From Marsupella aquatica (Eukaryota > Plantae > Marchantiophyta): a stretch of 64,000 bases of DNA. A program made the translations under genes and the position numbers. Below, one piece after another: positions 1 through 12,400 of this stretch; position 1 is the first letter of the stretch; every line of letters begins with the position of its first letter. The stretch is from positions 13,395,934 through 13,459,933 of the forward strand of contig OZ316899.1 of the NCBI GenBank assembly GCA_973895155.1, written 5' to 3'. Below the pieces are notes generated by a model, which was not told the origin of the DNA, made no database searches, and saw only the letters and a program-made list of their open reading frames with translations.

Positions 1-707
1 TATTCAGTTCATAGTACCCAAAAAACCCTCAGATTGCATTTGCTATGGGTCTCTTACAAGAAGCTGCAATCGTTTCTTGGAGTTCGAGCACTTGGGAGGA
101 AGAACAAGGGATTCAGTTGTACTACTGGACCGTGGAGGTGTTTCTCCTGCTTCAGTTTGAACAAGGCTCAACAGTTGCCTGAATGAAACACGAGACACAA
201 ACTCAGGAGTAAAGGGTAAGGTGCCAAGCTCAAGAGGTGTCAATGGGGTACTGGTCACCTTGCTAGCTAATTCACTCTCCTGCTTCTGTTTCTTCCTCAC
301 ATGCAGTTCATTGGTCAATGTGGGATCCAACGCTGGCATTTCAGGAGAGTCATCCTCATGAGCACCCTGTTCATGCACATAAATAGTGTGGTTCACATTG
401 CACAACCGCACAACTTGGACTTGGGCTTCTTCCTGCACACACAAATGAAGACATAATGTACTACATGGCCCAAAACCGGAACCTTAGAAACCAAATACCA
501 ATGAAAACATGACAGTGTGCCTCTACATACCAGAGCTTGCGTGGACTGCATTTGTTGCACAAGGTGACGACGTCTGCCCAAGCAGGCACTGTTTACCCTG
601 TATGTTCCCTTCATCTCTTGAATATAGCCCACCTTCACCCGATGGCAACTTGTCCTGCCCTATGTTTGGAAGACCGCAACTTCAAACCCAATCTTCCAAA
701 AAGGGTT

Positions 708-1554
708 TCAATTCCCACATGCAAAGCAACAGGGTGCTCTTGTTTTATCCCCCAACAATGTAAATAAACAATGTGGATGATACATGTGGCCACAACTTGC
801 TGAAACCCTTGCTGGAACCCAGTTGAAACAATGGTACCCGTGGCAACAAATTGGACAATTACTCACAAGCACTTATGTTCCCACTATTGCAGTTGATGTG
901 GGAACAAAGCGAGGTTGCATCATTGGACATGGATTGGACAAAAGAGACTCCAAAATAACCAGTTCAGACTTTTGAGCTGCTACAGACAACTCAAGGGGCT
1001 TCAAATCTGCTTCCAACTGTGACTCCACAACTTTTAGACGAGCAACCTTCTCTGGTACCCGTTCAAAGCGCTTGTTGTTGGTATCTATGAGCTTGTCAAA
1101 TGTTGCCATCCCCTTCGAAATAGACGATTCATTGTTCTTCAACGCCTCCATGTCCTTGTTACCATCCTCCAACTTCTGCCGTAAGATAACAATGTAGCTA
1201 TCCTGCCCCCCAGAAAAGAAAACAGCACATGGCAACATTATTTTGCAGTTCATTGTGCATCAATGCCTCGTCCTGCCAAACCGAATCCAACCACCCAACA
1301 AAACATACATAGCCTACAGGTATTTTGAGCAGCACAAGGACAGGCCTATGGTCTGACAAGCAATATACCTCCTTGTCTTGCTCTCCCTTCAACTCCTTGA
1401 GCTCCATTTCTATTGACAAGTCATCATGTAGGGTGTCCCTTGCCTGCATTTTGCTTCTCACCTCACCCAAGTCTTCCTCTAGTTTGTTACATTGCTCTTG
1501 AATGACAGAGATGACTGCTGGATGATCCCATTTTGACCCCTCCAAGCTTTCCAC
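708..1554 (-). pseudogene. Degenerate coiled-coil + RING-H2 zinc-finger coding sequence, probably a TE accessory gene
   Basis: ORFs 1198-1554 and 873-1253 are heptad/charge-rich. Reading through the in-frame TAA at 873-875 gives VLVSN-CPICCHGYHCFNWVPARVSAS-CGHMYHPHC-LFTLLGDKTRAP-CCFAC-GN*, a C3H2C3 RING-H2 pattern not present in the ORF track. Confidence 0.6.
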
Positions 1555-2097
1555 AGTCTTCTGAACCGCACTGATGCGCTACGAGTCTCTTTTAGACTAC
1601 ATTCAATCGTGACAATTTGCCCATCCAGAATGGACAACAAAAGACTTCTTGGCAATGCAGGGAGAACAGGAGCCTCTTAGTAGGGAGAAGCTTTATATGG
1701 GGGACACAAAGGGCCGCAGCTTCCAATGGTTTGGGATGTGGGCTCCCCTTGCTACAAGAATCCACTATCCCTGGGCAAGCTTTGTCCCTCGCCATTTCAT
1801 TCTTGGTAGAAATCCGTGGGACGGGCTGTGGGAGATGCATTGAAGGGTCATCCACAAGCCACTTGTGGAATGGCAAAAAGGAGCATTGGAGTGAAAATGG
1901 CAGATTTTCAAACATTTAAACCTTACTTGAAGCTTCTTTTGGTCTATCTGTCACCCCTTAATCCATTTTAAGCCTCAAAGAAATGTTTTGGAGAAAGTTA
2001 AGAAGTTTGAGTTTTGACGGAAGAATCGCTTCGGACAAACAATCTCTTTGGACACTGCAGAATCGGTTTAGACTTTCGGCAACAACTTTGACGGAAC

Positions 2098-2447
2098 GAG
2101 GTGTTTACAAACGACAGGAAACAGAAAACAGGATTTAATAATAGAAACTGGTAACAGGGAAAAAAAGTGGTAATAGGAAAATGGGTGGAATTTTTTTTTT
2201 AAAAAAAAAATCAATTTAATTTAATTTTTTTATAACATTTTTTTGAGAAACAAAAAGGGTTTTTTTCGGTCGACCAGTTTTTTTTGCTAGCGCCCAAAGC
2301 TAGCCAAAAATGTTGCATTGTTAATTTTTTTTGGAAATAACATGTTTTAGGAGACATTTTTAAATTGTCATTTTTCCTGGTAACAGCATATTAAAAACAG
2401 GAAAAAAAATTCTTGTTTACATGTTTCCTGTCTCCGTCGCTATACCC
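2098..2447 (-). mobile_element. 350-bp non-autonomous (MITE-like) relative of the Mutator-like element at 29242-55347
   Basis: Flanked by the 8-bp TSD GACGGAAC (2090-2097 and 2448-2455). The right end reverse-complements to GGGTATAGCGACGGAGACAGGAAACA, matching 29242 GGGTATAGCAGTGGAGACAGGAAACA. The left end GAGGTGTTTACAAACGACA matches the reverse complement of the 55347 end, GGGGTATTTACAAACGACA. Confidence 0.85.
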
Positions 2448-2574
2448 GACGGAACAAAGATTACATAGTTTTGGCCCTTTACTCATAAATCATTTTACCT
2501 CTTACTTGAGCTTTATTTTAGTTAATTAGGATCAGATTTAGAATGACATCACATGTCACACAACTACAATTTTT

Positions 2575-3360
2575 AACGTTGCGTGCCCTATGAACGTCTT
2601 CAATGTAGACGTTCAATTGGATCATGTCGGACAAGATGTTGTTCCATATAGCTGAAGACGTTAGGCCAACGTCGTAGAATATGGCGCGACAATCGGAACT
2701 ATTTTTACGTCGTGTGATACGACGTAAGATTTACGTCTCCTCATCCGGGTAATTATACGTTGTCTAGAAAGAGGTAAAATTAATTGCGTCGTCCAAAGCG
2801 TCATAATATACACTTTGTTGGACGACGTGTAAAAGTATGTAGGAATCTGAGAGGTTAAATCCATTCTGGAGCTCTCATGGACGTTTGAGAGTTACTCTGC
2901 CACATGATACGTGCAAGACATCATTTTGGTCGACGTAAATGACAGAAATTCCTTGCTGACTCGGGTTTTCTACCCGTGGCTTTTGGTTCATAGCTGCTAA
3001 GACCTTCCAAGACTGCATTCAAGAGTTTTTGAGTGAGCTCTCGTCTTGAGTAGGGAGAAATTTCTGTGGGGGATAGAAAGTGCTAAGCTATGGTGCGCAA
3101 GCTATTCAAGGATGTGCATTGTTGCTTCCTTCCTCTTGGTGAAGAGGACAAGACTGTGCGTGGGTTCTTTTGTCGTGGAGGTGTTCTTACGTCCTTTAGG
3201 GATACGTTTATTTACGTCACAATTTAGTATCACGTCGTGTAGGGCTACGTAAGAATGATGTTAAGTTAGTGGTTTACATCGTTTTTGGTGGGGTTTCGTG
3301 ACGACATACGGGTTTTCTACGTCGTTTTGGGTGTTACAAATGGGACGTTTAATTATATAA
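2575..3360. repeat. Left subterminal ACGT-core motif array of the CACTA element
   Basis: Dense GACGT/ACGTC/TACGTC/ACGTCGT motifs in both orientations next to the TIR; subterminal repeats are typical of CACTA elements. Confidence 0.7.
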
Positions 3361-3463
3361 CCGACTTAAATGAGGACTGTCCAACCAGATCTGTATATAT
3401 GTAAAGGATGGCTACGGCCAATATACATGCATCCAAAGCATCATGACAGTGGTGATGGTCATA

Positions 3464-6400
3464 TCAATCAGCATCGTCTACAATTGCTGATTGCATCCTC
3501 GATTGCATCAAACCCTTCCTCTGCCGTGGGAAGATGGGAATGACAATGGACCACCCTCTCATAGTCTGCATGGGCACCATAATACACTGATCCACTTGGC
3601 TAGGAAAAACTATGGTATCACTAACCTCAGTCCCGCTTGGTGCTGCACGAGTCGTGTCCACCCGGTAAAATCCACACTCATCTTTCACCATGGTGGCTCT
3701 CACAAGAGGTGACATGATGGACTTGTGCCACCGCACCTCTAACACAGTAGTGGTAAATGACCAAAAGTCAACATCTAAAATGTCCAATATAGTGCCGCAA
3801 TAAGGAACCTCAACATCACCTTGGTCTGTCAACATGAACACTCGTGAGTTACATGTTGTCTTTTTCATATGGTCTGTCCTCCAAGTCCGAAAGTGGTGCC
3901 CCGACTCATACATGTGTGTATGAGTTGTTGCCCACATCGATGGCCCCCTAATGATGTTCTGAACATCAATCAGGATGGATGTGGGCCCATGCTCTGTCGG
4001 GCCCCTCTCCATGTGCTCCAATGCCCATACGCGGAATGATGCAATTGTGCGTACATGTCTTGCAATAACCAGCTGTCACTCCCTCCATGCCCTGGCATTT
4101 GTATACACAAATATTGTTAGAAATTTGCAGTATCCTATGGACAAAAAAGTACTCCCCAACTACAAGTCTAACTTCACAATCTAAATGCCTCATACCTGTA
4201 CAACTCCCTCCAAGCTGACATGTCAGGGCGGTTTTCCAACACATAATTGTGGATTTGTCGTCAAAAAATGTTGTCATGTAGTGACCGCTTCTTCGACGCA
4301 CCCATCAAGCGCAACCCACCATTGTCCTCATCCTGTGCCTCTTCCCAAGTTGTGGGAGCTGTAGGGTCCAAACTCCCTATCATCTCCCCTGAATAGAAGA
4401 GGCACTCAAACATAATGTACCCTGCTGCCATGCTTCCCTCTGGTCGAGCTGGTTGACGCACCATGGACTTGAGCACTTTCATGAAGCGCTCAACCCAATA
4501 CATCCATCGCGCATGAACTGGACCAGCAATAGCTACCTCATCCACGAGGTGACATAGCAAATGCAATTGCATGTCAAAGAGACAAGGAGGGGACACCTTC
4601 TCCATATTGCACATCACACGTGCTGACCTCTCCCTCATCAAAGGAATCTCACACTCCTTTATCTCCTTAGCGCATACCCACCTATATTCCACCTCATACA
4701 ATCCAATTGATTTAATATCACAATCACACCAAGCAGTTGCCAAAATTACCAACTTAATTAATTATAATACTGGTAATGATAAAAATTAAGCCCAAAACAA
4801 CAAGTCTCTAGTTTTAAACTTAGGGTTTAGGGTTTTAAACCCTAAACTTGTTTTAAAACATACCTGAAAATAGAGCACAAGTTGTAAATGGTGAGTCAAA
4901 GTAGGCGTCTCTCTCGCGAGTCATCGCAACAATGCAAGACAGCAGACAGCACATGTTGAATCAACTTGTGATAATCATGAGACTTTAGTCCTATTGGGGG
5001 GCATGTGGTCATTTCTGCTAGTGCACCCACGAAAGCCGGCTCCATAGTGGCTAGGGAATTTCATCTCACAAATCATCCCATTAATTTGCTTTAATGTCTC
5101 CTTTGGCAATACCCAAGGAGCAGGTGGTTTCCCCCCAGTACTTGTTATCCAGCAAGACTTCACAACTCCTACATTCTCAGCATCCTCTCGGACTTTACGA
5201 GTATCATTCCGTCCATAAATGTGCTTCAACAAATTCTTAGCAACATTCACTTCAATGTGCATGGGGTCCAACAACCACCGGACCTGGAGGATCTGGAGCA
5301 TGAAAAAACAATAATGTTGGAGTTCACTAATAAATTTCTCAATAGCAATAGTTTTCAGTGAAGACTCCAATTTGCAATTAGAAAAATTAACCATTTGCTT
5401 TGTCTCACTTACCCTCCAATAAGGCAAGTCCCACAAAGCTGAGCGGCGATTTACTCCACAATCTTTGGGTTTGAGTAACTTTGCCTCCACCATCTCTGCC
5501 ATTTGGATTTGCCCTTCAGCTGAAGGGCCATTGAGACATGGTCTTAACTCACTTTCTGCCCAATGAGTTGTGTTTCGCTGCAAGTGATCATCCATTGGCA
5601 AGCAGACCCTACTTCCCTCATATGTGGTTTTGTGCAATAGTGATGAGTACCTCCCACGCAACTCAGGACCACATGAAGGGCAAGTTGAATAACCTGCCAC
5701 CTTCAAACCAGATATTGTTCCCATACCTGCACATGATATTTTGGGTCCATAGAATATGTCATTATCTCTATTACATTGTACAATATAATGCAATTAGAAA
5801 AATGCTCTAGGTTGTCTTGTGAATTACCTGGACCATTGGTGGTGCAATGGGTGATCATCACTCTCATCTGGAATATCCTGCCATTTCTCGGAGCCCGAGT
5901 GATATTTGTGGTAGGTGCCCCAACCTCCCACGGGTTTTGTAGCTCTTCATAAGTTGGTGCCAAGCAGACATCTGGATTCTTGCAGGCCTCAGGACCAGGT
6001 ATGATAGCAAGGAGGAGGACATGGCCCTTTTTCATTGCCAACCATGGAGGGATGTTCTGATTAATCAAGAGAACCGGCCAAATGGACTTAGGCTTCCGCT
6101 GTTGCTTGTACGGGTTTACACTGTCTATTGCCAACCCCAACCGGACATTTCTTGGCTCCTGGGAAAACTGAGGCCAAGTCATATCAATGTGTTTCCATGC
6201 TGGACTATCTTGGTGGTACCTCATAATCCCTGGTGGGGATTTGTTCTCCGCATGCCAAGTCTGTAGTGTGGATAAGCATTTCTGTCAATACAGGTGTTGC
6301 AGTTGGGGTGTGATAGGGAAATACCTCAACACCTATAATAACAACAGTGAAACCATTCAAATTGACGATATTAGAACCCTAATGTCGTTTATGAAGACGT

Positions 6401-7455
6401 AATCTTATTTTAACCACGTCTTCTATGACGTAAACAAAGAAGAGACGTTACTTTACGTCAGAGTAAGAGACATAAAATGGGTTTACATCGCCTGAAAAGA
6501 CGTATTCAATTCACATTGACGTTACAATGTACGTTACGTCGTGTAATAAGTCATACATATGACGTTAATACAACGTTAATAAACAAATCAACGAATTTGA
6601 AGACGTATGATGTGAATGTGCATCGTTGAGTTGGATGTTAAGTTTGCACCTGAGTATGTGGACGCTAATCACATGAGTTTGCATCAGTAATTTACCTTCT
6701 CTGGAATTTTGTCCCCAATGGTGTCTGGTCGATATCGTGGAAGGCCACACCATTCCTTTGGGCAATGAGTGTGCTCAACATACTCCTTTCTATACAAGAT
6801 GCAACCAGCGGGGCACATATGGATAGTCTCCAAAGCCAATCCAATGGAGACAAGTAACTTCTTAGCCTCCCTCACACATCTAGGAAGAGTGTTTGGTTGG
6901 GGCAAGAATTTCTTGTGGAACAACTGCAATAGTGCATCTGTATGGACATCCGAACCATTGAAAACTCCTTGCAAATTTAAAATCAAGAGAGTGGCACCCA
7001 ACCTGCATTTGCAACACCACAATTAGTTCATCAAAATGGAACATGAGGTACTACCTGCAATTACACTCTCACAATTAGAGAAGTCATAGGCTTCTCTACC
7101 TCGAGGTTGGAGAACCCTTGAATAGTGGAGTTCTGGCTTCTGATTCGAGCTGGTCCCAATCCTCCTGGTCTACTTCCATAGTCGGGTGATCATTGTCAGG
7201 TGCATGTGGTCCAAAGTGAATGTCAACCAGGTGGGCAAAAGCTTCCTCTTCAAGAATAGGTGCAGGCCCCTCATCCTCTACATCATCATCAAACTTGACA
7301 TCATATGCATCATGGTACTCATCATCATCATTGTCCACATCATCATCATCATCATCATCCAGATCATCATCCACATCATGGACATCATCATCATCGTCGT
7401 CACTGAAATGTAATGTAGCTCGAGCATGGAAGGCACGGGCTGATGTAGTCATCAT
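3464..7455 (-). pseudogene. CACTA TnpD-type transposase (Transposase_21, DUF4218 and DUF4216-like regions), spliced and disrupted
   Basis: N-terminal Cys motif IHMCPAGCILYRKEY..HCPK (6684-7022). Transposase_21-like DSPAWKHID..EPRNVRLGLAIDSVNPY..SIWPV (5703-6224) and LDPMHIEVNVAKNL (4975-5793). DUF4218-like PPCLFDMQLHLLCHL..GPVHARWMYWVERFMKVLK..RPEGSM (4261-4752). DUF4216-like 3464-4021. Stops and frameshifts are present. Confidence 0.92.
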
Positions 7456-7500
7456 GGATGGGTGCAGTGTAGGAGTAATATTGGCACCATCCTACATATA

Positions 7501-8986
7501 AGTGGTGGACCTTGCCACCCAGCGCCCTCACCAATCCCAGCACTCGCGCCTAAGTGCCCTTGGTGCCCGAACGCCTCCACGGAATACCTCGAGCAAGCAT
7601 CCAAGTGCCTCTTGCACCACCTGCAGCCACTCCCATATGAAGCCGCACTTGCTCACCTACAAGACCGCTACTCAATGGTCCTCACTGTCTGCACAAACAA
7701 GCAAGCACCTTGGTAAGTAACCCCTCCGGATCTAGAACTCGCCCAGTCTAGCATCCTAACTCAAGCTCAATAGACATTGGTAAATAGGTCAGTGATAGGT
7801 ACTCCCGATGCCATAAGCCGGAACCAGAACCCACGCCCACTGTCCGTCCAGGACAGCTCCTTCCCTGGGCGTGGCCCGGGTTCCCCCTCGTACCTATCCA
7901 TCACCAATTGACCGCCCTGACCTCAGGACATGCTCATGGCCCAATTAGCATAGCTTGTCCTCAAGCTTGTCCCAAGCTTGTCTCAACACGCCGGGACCAG
8001 AATGGCCCCGACTCTAACAACCGCTCCCGGTTCGCCCCACTGATGGTCTAGGGACCGAGCGCCCTTGGGACTCACCCTCCATACCTACTTGGCCTTGCCT
8101 CCCCAACGCAAGCTCCCTTGGGAGGCTGAACGCGGCTTGGCTGCTGTTCGGCAGGATTTGGCAAACGGGCGAGCTAACACCCACAAACCACGAGAACCCA
8201 TGGCACCCCCAGACCCAGCTGAGCTCAGGTAGCCCTCCTCAAGAGCTTTCCAACACACCTAAGAAGTCCTCCAACGGACTTCCCATTGGGAAGATATCAC
8301 CATTTCCGTTTGGCGGTTTCCCTTAGTGTCGCGACCGCCGCGGCTCACGACTTCGGCTTGCCCTTAGCCCCCAGGAAGACACCACTCCCCTCATATATGC
8401 TTCTGGAGACCTGCCACCCCCGGACCAGCTTTGGTCCCTAAACATTTGGCCCCCAACCCGGATCTCATCGCGCATAATGGGCACGCCACCAACTGGCAAC
8501 GCCCATAAATTTCTTGATAGGCATCCGCAAGCGGAGTGCGTAGGCCCGTTGTGACCGGGCCGACCAGTGCTCATGCCTAGGCCCTCAGGTCTGATCGCCG
8601 CTTGGGGCCCCCGACCGGCCCAACCCGGATCGGGCCACAACTTGCACCCCAGCGTCCGTTGCCAATGACGTCAACTCCATTGACCTTGGGCCCAAGAGGA
8701 GCTCACTCCCAAGCCCTCAAAATTCAAAGCCCATTTGATGGTCCGGATGGCCATCCTTGAGCCCGGCCCATTTCCCCTTGACCCGACCAGCCATAGGCTA
8801 GTCCAAGTCCTTAGTTTGTGTCCCCAGCTTGGCCCCTTGCCTCGCCAGTGCGACGTCTCATTGGCCACAAGTCTCCCCATGCTAAGTCCTCCCCGGATGG
8901 CCTATCCAGGCCTGGACCATAAGGGAGCTCGGCGTTGGAGTCAGCGACACCGGAGCTAAGTGTTAAGGTAGTCAAGTTCCGCAACT
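7501..8986 (-). repeat. 3' LTR of the chromovirus (1486 bp)
   Basis: Direct repeat of 14662-15939 with an extra ~210 bp at about 8221-8430; termini AGT...ACT. Confidence 0.93.
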
Positions 8987-9416
8987 TGCTTAAAAATGGT
9001 CACATCCGCGTGACCTAAGTAAACGTTCCAACATGCCTAGACCACTTTGGGCCTTACAAATTTTATGAGGTAACAAATGGTTTGCCCATAAGGCTGATGC
9101 AAACCAGGTTGGTATGCGCATTCCAAACTTAGGAAATTCCAACCTATCCCACTTATCCAAGTAGGATGCCAGTCCAAACGGGTAAGCTAACTCCAAACTT
9201 GTTGGACCCATTGTCCTCCCCTTGGGGCGCTCCCCTTTGGTTCAAACTAGCCCGCCCACAGATGTAGGGCGGGCACCATCAACTTCCACTCCCAAAAAGC
9301 AAATCGGCCGCCCAACACCCTCTAGCACCAACGCAATCCAACTTTATCCTTAAGAGGCCGAGAGGAGTGAAACTAGGATACAACTCACAAAGGTAGCTAT
9401 AGTTGCCTGTACCAGT

Positions 9417-12400
9417 TCACAACGACGGTAGGCTGCTTTGCTTACGATAGTTTCCAAGGATCTCTGAGGCATTACCCAAATTTTCCTCCGGTTCCCAAGT
9501 ACTCTCGACCTGGTCGTAGCCAGCCCACTTCACCAAATACTCTAAAATTTTTCTTCCCAACTTGCGTTTGTAACGGTGGTCCAGAATTGCCTCCACCTCA
9601 AACTCCTCTGCGTCCTCCACCAGCATGGCGTCCGGACGCAAGACCTGATCCCGATTGGGATCATCGTCTTTGACAAACTTCTTGAGCTGGCTAACATGGT
9701 AGCTTTTGCCCACGCCCATTTCCTTGGGTGTCTCCAACACCACCAAAACCGGATTATCCTTGTGGGCCCATCATATGATGCGATAGGGCCCCGCATATCT
9801 GGGTGCTAGCTTCCTACTTATGTTCCGTGGTATTGCTCAGGTCTCAACTGCAACCAGACGCTCTCCCCAATTTCAAAGCTTACCTGGCGTCGATGTTTAT
9901 CCCCTTGCTCCTTGTACCGACTTTGGGCAAGGGTCATACCCTTGGTAGCCGCTTCCACAACTAGGCGCCGCTCTCAAATAAAATCATCCGCAGAAGGAAC
10001 CTTGCTTTCCATCCGCCAAGTTTCCGGATTTATAAACCAGGAGGGCGCCCTTGGCGTCCTCCCTGTGGCCAACACAAACGGCGCAAACCCCGTCGCCAAA
10101 TGCTTGGTCGAGTTATACCTAAACTCGACCATTGTTAAATGCTTTGCCCAATCCTTCTGATTGGCTGTCACAAAGTGACGCAAGTAGTCCTCCACGATAC
10201 CGTTAACCCGTTCTGTTTGGCCATCTATCTCATGATGATACGCTGATCCCCTGGTCAGGTCCGTTCCGGATAACCGGAACAACGCCTTCCAGAAATGGCC
10301 TGTGAACTTGGTATCGCGATCGGACAGGATATGCAACGGCAATCCCCACTGTCGGAAGACATTGTCAAATACTAGACCGGCAACCTCTCGGGCCGAAACC
10401 ATCTTTGTAGTAGGCAAGAAATATGCCATCTTGGAAAAACGATCCACGATTGTTAAGATGGAGTTACTGTCGTGGGACTCAAGTAATCCAACAATGAAGT
10501 CCATGGAGATAGACTCCCATGGAGCCGCAGCTACTGGTAAGGGTTGCAGTAGTCCTCCTTTTGCCCTATAGGCTGTTCGGTTCTTTTGGCATGAGTAACA
10601 ACTTTGCACGTGTTGAAGGACCGATTGCTTCATGTCCGGCCAATACACATCTCGCGACATGCTGCGATATGTGGCGGCTTGTCCTCCGTGTCCTCCCCAG
10701 GGCGAGTCGTGGTACTTTTGCAGAACCTCTAGCCTTAGAGACTCTGGTATGTACACACGCCTTGTCTTGTATCGCCATAACTGGACATTATGCGCCGTAT
10801 CCAATCCCAACAATACGTGCCTTACCTTGCCCCGACTACCCCCATTGCTTTGCCAATCCTTAGCTAACCTGTCATCCCCGTACGTCGCAGCCAGAACCTT
10901 TGGCCACTCGGATTCGAGCATCGTGATCCCATTGACACGATGTTGGTCCTTACGCGATAACGCGTTCGCTGCCGTATTTGTCTTCCCTGGAACGTGGTGG
11001 ACTTCAAAATCAAAATCCGCCAAGAACATCTACCAGCGCATTTCCTTGGGGTTCAGCCTTGGCTTAGAACTGAAGTACCCGGCCGGCGAGCTATCTGTGT
11101 GGATTACCACTTTGGGACCGTTCTTAAGGTAAATCTCCCACTTCTTCAATGCATAGATCACAACATACATTTCCCTTTCCGGCGTGATCCAGTGATTTTC
11201 CAACTTACATGACTCGAAGGCCACAGGACGCCCATCTTGGTGAAGACAGGCGCCGATGGCATAATCACTTGCGTCTGTCCAAATCTCGAACGGCTTCCCC
11301 ATCTCAGGTAACTTTAGAACCGCTTAAGTTCTAGGAATGCTAACTCGCAATCCTGTGTCCACACAAACACTTTGTTTTTCAATGTTAGCGCATTGAGGGG
11401 CCTCGCAATCCTTGCATAGTCTTTCATGTATCTTCAATAGAAACCCGTAAATCCTAAGAAGGCTCTAACTTGCCTTACATTGGACGGACACTCCCATTCT
11501 TTGATCTCCTTAAGCTTGTCCTGACTAGGCCCAATCCCTTCCGGGGTAAAGGTATGGCCAAGGAACTGAATCTCGTTCATTGCAAACTTGCACTTGCTAG
11601 GTTTAGCAAAGAGATGAGCCTTACGAAGGCAAGAGAACACTTCTCTAAGCAACTGCGCATGCTTCTCCAATGTTTTTGAGTAGATTAGGATGTCGTCAAT
11701 AAAGATGACCACTCCTTGGTCCAACAAGTCATGAAAGATGGTATTCATCATCTTCATGAACGTTGCAGTTGCATTACACAACCCGAACGGCATGACCAAA
11801 AACTCATAGGATCCAAACCTTGTGCACATCGCGATCTTATACTTGTCTCCCTTAGCCATGCGGATCTGGTAATACCTAGACCGCAAGTCCACCTTTGAAA
11901 ACTTCTTAGCCCCTAAGAGGCAATCGAAGAGGTCATCCATATGAGGTAACGGGTACTTGTTCTTTACCATCTGCTTATTGAGGGCCCGGTAATCTGCGCA
12001 CAATCTCAAAGTACCATCCTTTTTGGACACAAACAGCGCGGGCGCCCCGTAAGGACTCTTACTAGGGCGATGAACCCTTGGTTGATCAATTCTTCCAAGG
12101 CATTCTTCAACATCATTTGCTCGTTCAGGTTCAGACGATAAGGGGCTTTAGCCTGAGGAGCCAATCCCGGCTCCAACTCAACTTGGTGATCCACTTCTCT
12201 CCGCGGGGTAAACCTTTAGGTAGCTTCTGCGAGAGCATGTCGTTGAATTCCTCTAAAATTTCAGGAATTCGACCGCAGTCGGGCCCGACCTTAGCTGACT
12301 TGACCTTTGGCTGCGACGCAGCCTCCTTGGTTGGGTGGAGATGAAAGAAGAAACATTCATGTCCACCCTTGAAGTCTTTCCACCATTGCTTCGCCGATAC

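Noticed and set aside
7186-7501. Poly-Ile and poly-Ser plus-strand ORFs
   Set aside because: Antisense readings of the (GAT)n acidic tract in the transposase N-terminus.
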